The position numbers and the translations under genes were made by a program. DNA of 64,000 nucleotides from Blastocladiella emersonii ATCC 22665 (lineage: Eukaryota > Fungi > Blastocladiomycota): positions 558,001 to 622,000 of the forward strand of contig JANHCV010000009.1 in assembly GCA_025594325.1 (NCBI GenBank). The letters run 5' to 3'. Every line of letters starts with the position of its first letter. The first letter of the stretch is position 1. Positions 35,037-43,700 of the stretch are shown here, in pieces. The notes under the pieces were generated by a model, which was not told the DNA's origin, made no database searches, and worked only from the letters and a program-made list of their open reading frames with translations.

Positions 35037-36767
35037 ATGGCGCACATCCCCAACCGGCAGCACGGATCCGACGCCGACGACGGCGAGCTCGCGCACGCGG
35101 CGGCCAAGGAGCACCTGTACATCTTCGACTCGACGCTGCGCGACGGCGAGCAGAGTCCCGGGGTCACGCTGCACGTCACCGAGAAGGTGGAGATTGCGCG
35201 GCAGCTGTCCAAGCTGGGCGTCGACATCTGCGAGGCCGGGTTCCCGATCGCGTCCGACGGCGACTTTGAGGCCGTGGCCCGCATCGCGCGCGAGGTCGGC
35301 CCGCTCATGGTCAACCGCGAGCGCATCGGCCGCCCCATGCGCATCTGCGGCCTGGCCCGCGCGACGCGCGGCGACATCCAGCGCGCCTACGACGCCGTCC
35401 ACCACGCGCCGCTGCACCGGATCCACACGTTTCTGGCGACGAGCGACATCCACCTCGAGCACAAGCTGCGCATCTCGCGCGACGAGTGCGTGCGCCGCGC
35501 CACCGAGGCCGTCGCCTTCGCGCGCTCGCTCGTCGACGACGTCGAGTTCTCGCCCGAGGACGCGGGCCGGTCCGACCCCGACTTTCTGTGCCGCGTGCTC
35601 GGCGCCGTGATCGACGCGGGCGCCACGGTCCTCAACATCCCCGACACGGTCGGGTACAACACGCCCGAGGACTACGGCCGGCTCATCGCGTACCTGATCG
35701 CGCACACGCCCGGCGCCGGCAAGGTGATCTGGTCGACGCACTGCCACAACGACCTCGGGCTCGCCACCGCCAACACGCTCGCGGGCGTGCGCGCCGGCGC
35801 GCGCCAGGTCGAGGTCACCATCAACGGGATCGGCGAGCGCGCGGGCAACACGTCCGCCGAGGAGGTGGTCATGGCGCTGTGCACGCACCCGAAGTCGTTC
35901 CCCGTGACCACGCTCATCGACACCAAGCAGATCTTCCGCACGTCGCAGCTCGTGTCGCAGCGCACGGGCATGGTCGTGCAGCCCAACAAGGCGATTGTCG
36001 GCGCCAACGCCTTCGCGCACGAGTCGGGTATCCACCAGGACGGCGTTCTCAAGCACGCCGCCACGTACGAGATCATTGACCCGGCGACCGTCGGCGTCCC
36101 CTCCAACGCCCTCGTCCTCGGCAAGCACTCGGGCCGCAACGCCTTCCGCACCCGCATCCAGCAGCTCGGGTACTCGCTGACCGAGGACGAGTTTCAGCGC
36201 TCGTTCGCCCGGTTCAAGCGCACCGCCGACGCCAAGAAGGCCGTGACCGACTCGGACATTGTCGCCATCGTCGAGGACGAGCTCGGCGTCCTGCAGCAGC
36301 CCGCCATCGAGCTGCGCAGCGTCCAGGTCTCGTCGGGCACCGGCGTCATCGCCACCGCGACCGTCGAGCTCGTCGTGTACCGCGCCGAGGGCGAGACCGT
36401 CCTCGTCGACGCGGCCATCTCGCGCAACGGTCCCATCCACGCCATCTTCAAGGCCGTCGAGCGACTTGTCGAGGTCTCTATCAACCTCCTCCACTACGAG
36501 GTCCGCGCTGTCTCCGCCGGCGGCGACGGTGACGCGCTCGGCCAGGTCGCTGTCAAGCTCGCCAACGAGGCCGCGCCACACGTACACTACAACGGCACCG
36601 CGACCGACACGGACGTGGTCATGGCCAGCGCCCGCGCGTTCGTGGCGGCGCTCAACCGTATGCTCCTCCAGGCGCCCCACGCGGCCAAGACGCCGCGCGA
36701 GGCGATGCCCGTGTCTCCGACGGCGGCTGAGCACGCGCCGCCCGCGTCGCGTAAGGTTGATATCTAG
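35037..36767 (+). CDS. leuA: 2-isopropylmalate synthase (E. coli/plant LeuA type), 576 aa, intronless
   Basis: IFDSTLRDGEQSPG, FSPEDAGR, HCHNDLGLA, NGIGERAGN, AFAHESGIHQDG, LGKHSGR motifs and a C-terminal regulatory domain. Confidence 0.95.
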   Translation: MAHIPNRQHGSDADDGELAHAAAKEHLYIFDSTLRDGEQSPGVTLHVTEKVEIARQLSKLGVDICEAGFPIASDGDFEAVARIAREVGPLMVNRERIGRPMRICGLARATRGDIQRAYDAVHHAPLHRIHTFLATSDIHLEHKLRISRDECVRRATEAVAFARSLVDDVEFSPEDAGRSDPDFLCRVLGAVIDAGATVLNIPDTVGYNTPEDYGRLIAYLIAHTPGAGKVIWSTHCHNDLGLATANTLAGVRAGARQVEVTINGIGERAGNTSAEEVVMALCTHPKSFPVTTLIDTKQIFRTSQLVSQRTGMVVQPNKAIVGANAFAHESGIHQDGVLKHAATYEIIDPATVGVPSNALVLGKHSGRNAFRTRIQQLGYSLTEDEFQRSFARFKRTADAKKAVTDSDIVAIVEDELGVLQQPAIELRSVQVSSGTGVIATATVELVVYRAEGETVLVDAAISRNGPIHAIFKAVERLVEVSINLLHYEVRAVSAGGDGDALGQVAVKLANEAAPHVHYNGTATDTDVVMASARAFVAALNRMLLQAPHAAKTPREAMPVSPTAAEHAPPASRKVDI

Positions 36768-36970
36768 GAGTGGTAGGACGGGGTTTTTGAATACACATCT
36801 GCATAATTTCACTCTCGCTACCGCTCCGTCAACTCCAACATCAACTGAAGTGAGCCACGTCGACGAGGCGCGCGCAGGGGCAAGCAGGCGAGGAGACGCG
36901 CGAGGTGACGCGGGAGGCGGGCCTCGGCGTGTGTCGTGCGCCGCCGGCTCGGCCGCATCGAGACCACGGA

Positions 36971-37522
36971 CCGACGCGAAAAACTGATGTAGCGACCAGG
37001 CGCGGACACGAATTGGTGGATACAGAGGTGTCGGGCGGGCGAGGAGACTAGAGAGCTCGTTTCAAACTCGCAGGCGACGGTGGCCAGGGTCAGACAGCTC
37101 GCGATCCGCGCGACGATACGATGGCCATGGTCGGCGCGCGTTCAGCTCGGTCCGCAGCGAGGTGCGCGACGCAATCTAGTCGAGGAAGCAACGTGCTCAT
37201 GAGCAACCCCAAGGTGCGCGCAAGGGTTGAGTACCAACGGACGCTGCAGGTTTGATGGGCCAGACTCAGACTGAGCGAAGACGAGTGAGGAGCCGCGCTA
37301 CAGCGCGAGCTTGACTTTGGCGACAAGCGGCTCCTCAGAGACGGTGCTCCACAGCGCACTGGCGACTCGTCTGGATCGGGACTTTGGACTGACGCAAAGA
37401 GCGAACGTAGCGACCGGGCGCGGACACGAAGCGGTGGATTGAAAGAAGCCTTGGACAAGCTTGGAGACTCGAGAGCTCGTTTAAAACTCACAGGCGACGG
37501 TGGCCAGGGTCAGCTCGCGATC
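36971..37522. repeat. Degenerate ~135-bp direct repeat (copies ~36971-37106 and ~37389-37522)
   Basis: Shared blocks gtagcgacc.ggcgcggacacgaa and gagagctcgttt.aaactc.caggcgacggtggccagggtcag at an offset of 418-420. Confidence 0.8.
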
Positions 37523-37978
37523 AGTGCTACCTTGGCCTTGGCCAGCGCGCGCGACACCTTGAAGGCGGCGAGGCGCGCAACTCAAGCAGAAGCTCAGCAG
37601 CGCAAACTTGCCGAAAAGCAACTTGCTCATGACTTCTCAGCTGAAGGCTAGCGCGGGGCACAGCAGGTGCTCTCGCGCGGCGAAGGTCAAGGTCAAGGGC
37701 GCGACTCAGAACGCGACTTATCATAGTATGGTCAATTTCCAGCGACGCGGTCGCGAATCGCGAACGATCAACCGCTCCGTCATCCTTGATCAGATCACAC
37801 ACGAGAGAGAACGATGATGGAGAAAGCTCAACCGCAGCTTTATTACCGACAAGCGGCGATAGGCGACAGGAGCGAGGGGGAGAAGGCGAGAGAACAACGA
37901 GGAGGGAGGGAGAACCGACAAAGGGAGGAGAGCAGGAAGAAGAGCAAAGAGGGGGGAGGCCAGACGGTCGCGAGGGGC

Positions 37979-38848
37979 TTAGTGGCAGCCGTCGCCGTAG
38001 TAGCCCGAGTCGTACGAGCCGTACGAGTCGTCGCCGTAGTACCCGGAGTCGTAGCCCTTCGAGTCGTCGCCGTAGTAGCCCGAGTCGTAGCCCTTCGAGT
38101 CGTCGCCGTAGTAGCCCGAGTCGTAGCCCTTGGAGTCGTCGCCGTAGTAGCCCGAGTCGTAGCCCTTGGAGTCATCGCCATAGTAGCCGGAATCGTAGCC
38201 GTACGAGTCGTCGCCGTAGTAGCCCGAGTCGTAGCCGTACGAGTCGTCGCCGTAGTAGCCCGAGTCGTAGCCCTTCGAGTCGTCGCCGTAGTAGCCCGAG
38301 TCGTAGCCCTTCGAGTCGTCGCCGTAGTAGCCCGAGTCGTAGCCCTTCGAGTCGTCGCCGTAGTACCCGGAGTCGTAGCCCTTCGAGTCGTCGCCGTAGT
38401 AGCCCGAGTCGTAGCCCTTCGAGTCGTCGCCGTAGTAGCCCGAGTCGTAGCCCTTCGAGTCGTCGCCGTAGTAGCCCGAGTCGTAGCCCTTGGAGTCGTC
38501 GCCGTAGTAGCCCGAGTCGTAGCCCTTGGAGTCATCGCCATAGTAGCCGGAATCGTAGCCGTACGAGTCGTCGCCGTAGTAGCCCGAGTCGTAGCCGTAC
38601 GAGTCGTCGCCGTAGTAGCCCGAGTCGTAGCCCTTCGAGTCGTCGCCGTAGTAGCCCGAGTCGTAGCCCTTCGAGTCGTCGCCGTAGTACCCGGAGTCGT
38701 AGCCCTTCGAGTCGTCGCCGTAGTAGCCCGAGTCGTAGCCCTTCGAGTCGTCGCCGTAGTAGCCCGAGTCGTAGCCCTTCGAGTCGTCGCCGTAGTAGCC
38801 CGAGTCGTAGCTGCCGTACGAGTCGTCGCCGTAGCCGTAGCCAGTCAT
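37979..38848 (-). CDS. Gly/Tyr/Asp/Ser tandem-repeat protein (GYDSGYYGDDSK/Y)n, 289 aa, no signal peptide
   Basis: ATG in ttcaccATG context with an AT-rich TATA-like element near 39000. There are 21 12-aa units plus 2 terminal 13-aa units. Nucleotide variation among units is synonymous in this frame apart from the K/Y switch. Confidence 0.85.
   Translation of the reverse strand: MTGYGYGDDSYGSYDSGYYGDDSKGYDSGYYGDDSKGYDSGYYGDDSKGYDSGYYGDDSKGYDSGYYGDDSKGYDSGYYGDDSYGYDSGYYGDDSYGYDSGYYGDDSKGYDSGYYGDDSKGYDSGYYGDDSKGYDSGYYGDDSKGYDSGYYGDDSKGYDSGYYGDDSKGYDSGYYGDDSKGYDSGYYGDDSKGYDSGYYGDDSYGYDSGYYGDDSYGYDSGYYGDDSKGYDSGYYGDDSKGYDSGYYGDDSKGYDSGYYGDDSKGYDSGYYGDDSYGSYDSGYYGDGCH
37990..38830. repeat. 36-bp coding tandem array with a 360-bp higher-order duplication
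   Basis: Variant units recur at exactly 360-nt offset; for example 38101-38280 is identical to 38461-38640. Confidence 0.95.
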
Positions 38849-39892
38849 GGTGAAGGAGGGGGTGGGTGGTGGGGAGAGGAGGGGAGGCTGTGCGACCGAA
38901 GGCGCAGGCGGAGGTGTGCAAGGGTGCAAGGGAGGGGAGAGAGGACTGGGAGGTGCTCGCTGTCGAATCGAGAGGGAGGGATGCGGGGCGGCGGCCGGTA
39001 TTTATCGGCGGGCCGGGTCGAGGGCGGGGACGGCGAGGGCGGAGGCGGCGAGCAGCGAGTGGCGGCAGTCGGCGACGCGCTCGGGTCGGGATCCAGCGAG
39101 GAAGGCGGCGAGAAGGACGCGGAGCACGACGCGAAGCTAGCGCGTAGATCCACTTCCGCAGCCACGGTGAGCGGCCGCGGTGCGCAGCTTGCCTCCTTTG
39201 CCGATCGATGGCGGATCCCGTCGGCGTCGTGACGGTGGAAGGGACGCGCCGCGAATGGATCTAGCCTTCAGCTCCAGTTCCGGTGCGGCGGCGGCGGGAT
39301 CCCGATCGCGGCCACGCGCGCACCTTGGCTCCCTCGCTGGTCGGCGCGGCGCCTAGCTCCATACGCCAGCTGGCGCACGGAGCTAGACGCCACCTTCCTG
39401 AAGCGTCGGCAGGGGCACTCGGCGCGATCTCGACGCCAGCGCTAGCCACTGCGCTAGATCCAGTCGCTCGAGCCGCGAGGCGTCGGGACGCCGACATGAG
39501 GGCAGGCTCCACTTTCGCGGAGCTATGCGTGGCGGCTGCGGCGCGCTGCGCGTTGCATCCAGTTGCTTTCCATTTGCTTGCATCCGCGTCGGCAGGGACC
39601 CGTGGGAAGGGGAGGCGGGTGCGCAAAGTGGCCGGGATGGAAAGTTGTCTCTCGGCTCGCGTTTCATCCGCGAGCGCCGGTCACGCCTTTTCGCGACGCG
39701 TCCTCGCACGCGCGAGGGGGAGCCGAGAGACACGAGCGACTTCCCAATCGCGGAGAGCGGCCAAGAGGTTCAAGTTGAAAGCAAAGCTAATTATATAGTA
39801 CACTAGGTTCGAACGATACAAATACATACACAACCGACACCCACTCGACTCGGAGCGCGTACACGCGCTCCCTCCATTCCTCCCTCCCTCCA

Positions 39893-41302
39893 TCAGATCA
39901 GCGCCGCCACGGCCACGAACACGGCGTCGGGTGCGGGCGCGATCAGAGGCATCTCGATGTGGCCAAAGAACTCGACCGCCTTGGCCACGTTCTTGGCATA
40001 CGACCCGTCGACGGTCGACACCTCGGCCGTGCACAGCGTCGCCAGCACGGGCGCGACGAGCGGCACCATGCGGGGCGTGCAGTTGGCCGACGTCGCGGCC
40101 ATCATCTTGTTCTCCATGAGCATCTTGATGCCCTTGGTCTTGTCGCACACGTTGTTGAGCGCCAGGATGCGCTTGAGCGCGCGGCGCTCGTGCGGCGCCA
40201 TCTTGAACGCCTTGTCGGCGTCGATGAACTCGAGCGCGAGGCTGATCGCGTTGAGCGTCGAAAAATCCGAGTTCGACCGGAGGCAGTGCTGGTATCGCGC
40301 GCGTGTTGAGTGTGTGAGTGGGCGGGCTCTCGATGCGGGCGACTTGAGGCGAGAGCGAAGTACCTCGGCCACCCTGATCCACTTCTGGACGACCGCATCG
40401 TCCAGCGACGCGGCGCTCTTGACCGACATCTTGACAAAGTTGTAAATCCCGTTGTGTACCGTGGTCTTGTTGTTTTCCCCGAGGGCCTTGGCCACGGCGG
40501 ACCCGAGCACCTTGGGGTCAGCCGACCCGACGCCGCGGGCGGCCGCGCGGACGTTATCGACGGTCTTGACGAGCTCGGGCACGGCGAGCGCGGTCAGCGC
40601 CTTGGCGAGGTCGCGCGACGGGACCTCGAGCACGACGCGGGCGGCCTGGGCGCCCGCCGACGCGTCGCCCTGGTCGAGACCGTCGGCGCGCGTGACGATG
40701 CCCGCGACCTTGTTGAAGGCGAAGCGAGCGGCGCGACGCAGCTTCGAGTCCTTGGGCGTCTTGAACGGCTTGGCCGGCTTGACGGCCGAGGCCGAGGTGA
40801 TGGAGGTCGAGATCTTGACAGCGGCGGTGTCGATCTCGAGGTGCAGCTGCTGCTCGGGGACCGTGAGCGGAGCGACGGGGGTCTGGGCGATGCGAGAGGA
40901 GGGTGCGTGAGCATGGCGGGTCATGAGAAAAACCATTGAGTCGAGAGAACGTACCCCAGACAGGCTGAGCAGCGACGCCCAGGCGCGGAGGCACTTGAAG
41001 GGCACCGCGAGCGCGTCGACGACCTGGCCGGCGAACTTGTTGAAGAACGACGACAGCGGCTTGGAGGTCGAGGTGGCGGCCGCCGCGCTAGCGGTGACGG
41101 TCGTGGCCAGACCCGGTGGCGCCTTCATGCGGGCGAGCGCCGAGGCGGCAGTCGTGGCGGACGAGGCGAGCGGGTCAAGCTCGGCGATGTGGAGGGTCTG
41201 CTCGGCGAGCAAGTCGCGCTTGACCGACGGCGTGGCGCTGGATTGGGCAAGCTGGCGATCACCGCGGCGCCGGACGTCGGGTAGGCGGGAGCGTCCAGAC
41301 AT
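39893..41302 (-). CDS. Divergent RasGEF (CDC25-like) domain protein; introns 40883-40954 and 40289-40363
   Basis: After splicing, NGIYNFVKMSV...VQKWIRVAEHCLRSNSDFSTLNAISLAL and MVPLVAPVLATL resemble conserved CDC25 regions. Alternative ATG at 41128. Confidence 0.55.
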   Translation of the reverse strand: MSGRSRLPDVRRRGDRQLAQSSATPSVKRDLLAEQTLHIAELDPLASSATTAASALARMKAPPGLATTVTASAAAATSTSKPLSSFFNKFAGQVVDALAVPFKCLRAWASLLSLSGVRSLDSMVFLMTRHAHAPSSRIAQTPVAPLTVPEQQLHLEIDTAAVKISTSITSASAVKPAKPFKTPKDSKLRRAARFAFNKVAGIVTRADGLDQGDASAGAQAARVVLEVPSRDLAKALTALAVPELVKTVDNVRAAARGVGSADPKVLGSAVAKALGENNKTTVHNGIYNFVKMSVKSAASLDDAVVQKWIRVAEVLRSRLKSPASRARPLTHSTRARYQHCLRSNSDFSTLNAISLALEFIDADKAFKMAPHERRALKRILALNNVCDKTKGIKMLMENKMMAATSANCTPRMVPLVAPVLATLCTAEVSTVDGSYAKNVAKAVEFFGHIEMPLIAPAPDAVFVAVAALI

Positions 41303-41697
41303 GCTCGACCGTGCCCGGATTCGATTGCATGGAGACGTTCATTCGTTCAAGGGAAATGCCAACGTTGCAAGGGGAGACCAGTCGCCGGCAGGGGGTGCTT
41401 TCGCCGGCCGAGAAGGCGCGCGTCGCACGTTTCAAGCCTCCCGCGTGCCAGTCACGCCATTTCGCGACGCGTCTCCTGTCTCGCGCTGGCCGCCGTAGGG
41501 TCAGTCGGCTTTCCAAAGCAAGCTGGCGGGTGCCTCCACGTTTTAGCGAGGTGGCCCTCGCGGGCCCAGCACGAGCCGGTCAGCAGGTGCAGATCCGGCT
41601 CGCGTGCACGCGCACCGTTCTCCACGCGCGCGAGGGGAACGCGGCAGCGCCCACATGGGTTTTCGCTAGCGCTCCGCTTCGAGCGACCTCGGCAGAG

Positions 41698-41704
41698 TAT
41701 AAAA
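41698..41704 (+). promoter_or_regulatory. TATA box of lectin paralogue A
   Basis: TATAAAA 90 nt upstream of the ATG, conserved in paralogue B. Confidence 0.65.
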
Positions 41705-41787
41705 CGGGCGACGGAGTCGCAGAAAGTCGCCTCTCCTCAGTCAAAGCACACCTTTTTGCAACGAATCATCACGCATCACGATCGACC

Positions 41788-43141
41788 ATGACCAAGGGCC
41801 TGCTCTTCATCGTGCTGGCCACCCTCGCCGTCGGCGTCCAGCTCGCCGACGCTGCCTGGCGCGAGGTCCAGTAAGTGTCGAGTCGCTTCCCTCGCCGCTG
41901 TTCATTCAAACGTGCCTGATCCTCGGCTGTCGCTCGTCAATCATAGGACCGCTGTCACCGTGACGGGGCTGAACAAGTGGACCCATTCCTCATTCCGCAC
42001 TTCTGGCCCGTGCCTCGACTTCTCGGAGGCCACGGCGAGTATGTTTCACTGACATTCTGCGGACAAGACGAGTCGAGACGGGGCTGAAGGCTGACACGAA
42101 TTTGTCGTAACGTCCAGACGGCGAGTCGGCCGATGCGCAGCTGTGGGATTGCTCGAATCGCTGGGATGGGAAGCGGTCGCCGCACGACCACACGGTCGGC
42201 TACGAGGACACGTCGGGCTGGGCCTGGTGCGCATCATCTCGAAGCAAAAGCTGTCGAAACACTGGAACTCACGCTTGGTTTGCTGTGCCTAACAGGATCC
42301 GTCACCGCCACAACAATGTCGACTACTGCCTCGATGTCACTGACGGCGACGGCACCGAGCGCAAGCTCATTCGATGGTGGAAGTGGTACGCTCGTCATTG
42401 TCCTCGGGTCGCCTCCCGTTGCGATCGCTCACCTGATGTATCCCGAAACCTGCCTATATAGCAACGGTTCGCGGGCCCAGGCATGGTACATTCCGACTGG
42501 CGGCAAGACTGGTGTGATCCGGACGGACCTCGACTACTCGCTTTGTATTGACACGTATGAAGGTGCGGGTTCCGTCCCCCATTATATCAATGGGAGCCCT
42601 ACTAACCAGTGGAGACGTCGCAGACTACCTCAGGATGCATTGGAACCGTGTCAGTCTTCGGCTCGCGCCCTGCGTCGACGTGAGTGATTATCAACTGTTC
42701 GGTTTGGCCATGGGCAAGGGGTACTCGGACGGCTGGGTGCACATGCGCAACGACTGCGAGTACGCTTTGGGCACAGACCCAGAGTGCACCTTCAGCTGCA
42801 AGACCAACGAGAAGTGGAAGCAGTACTGGTACGACGGCGTCACGTACTCGTGCCGGCGCCGCCCCTCGACTGGTATGGACGAGTGCATCTCGAGCCTCAA
42901 CCCGGCGCAGTACCCGCACGACTGGGGCCCCGGGGCCCCGTGCCAGTGTACGTGCGCTGCCGCTCGTTCCGCCGAAGCAGGCGGCAAGGGCACGGAGGGC
43001 GCGAGTTCCGTCATCATCCTGCGCCTGGGCGAGAATGGTCGGTTCGTCGCTCCCAACGCCACCAAGACAGCCACCAAGACGGCTGCTCCTCGCCGGCAGT
43101 CAACGGCTGCGCCGACCCTGGAGGTCCGCAGCCGTCACTGA
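41788..43141 (+). CDS. Secreted ricin-B (beta-trefoil) lectin-like protein + 8-Cys C-terminal domain, paralogue A, 330 aa, 6 exons
   Basis: Signal peptide MTKGLLFIVLATLAVGVQLADA and CLD...QLWDC / YCLDV...WWKCNGSRAQAW repeats. Introns 41871-41946, 42039-42117, 42227-42295, 42386-42461, 42563-42623. Spliced length is 993 nt, in frame. Confidence 0.8.
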
Positions 43142-43329
43142 CCGCTCGTCTTTCGTTTGTGCGGCTATGGTCTCCTCGATCTTGCGTTTCTCCTCATCAA
43201 AGGACATAGAATCTTACAGTTCACTGAATCTCTTTTCGCCGCGTGCGTGCCGCAAGTTATTTACCCAAGTCAGGGAGAGCGAGGACACGTCGCGTCCCAC
43301 GATCGTGGCGCCTGTTGGCTCCGCCCGCT

Positions 43330-43700
43330 TCAGCAGGCTTGGTCGTCGCGCATGGCCGACCAGAACCGCGACATGAACTGCGGCCCGCGGTCCGACATGA
43401 TGTCGTTGAGCAGCCCATGCGGTCGCACCGCGTACTCGAGGAACGCGTCGGCGGTCGTGACTGGGTTTGGAAGCACAGCAAGCAGGATGAAGCGCGTCAT
43501 CATAAAGGATCAGTCGACGATGACCATAATATACGTGCTGCCGGTGCTCCGCGACAGGCCCGTGCTGATTTCCATGGAGATTAACGACCAAGGCCGCCGT
43601 GGCGAACGGTAAGGTGGAGCAGCGTGGGCGGCTTGAGAGTCCGGAGTTTTATATGTGAGTTTGGCGACAAGAGCAGGGTGTGCACGGATACGGTGAATGT
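43330..43700 (-). mobile_element. Degenerate Ty3/Gypsy LTR-retrotransposon integrase fragment
   Basis: The minus frame (absent from the ORF track) reads RPWSLISMEISTGLSRSTGSTYIMVIVD*SFMMTRF...AFLEYAVRPHGLLNDIMSDRGPQFMSRFW. This matches the rve core (RPW..ISMDFITGLP / VVVD / HGLP..IVSDRG..FTS.FW). It carries an internal stop, and the first catalytic Asp reads as Glu. Confidence 0.85.

Noticed and set aside
37990-38830. 36-bp repeat array as a CRISPR
   Set aside because: The units are head-to-tail with no unique spacers, the array is coding, the context is eukaryotic and there are no cas genes.
37786-39232. Plus-strand SR-like (RRRSSPSRSPS) and Val/Ala-rich ORFs over the repeat
   Set aside because: These are antisense shadows. 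Unit variation is synonymous only in the minus GYDS frame, which also has the Kozak ATG and TATA-like element.
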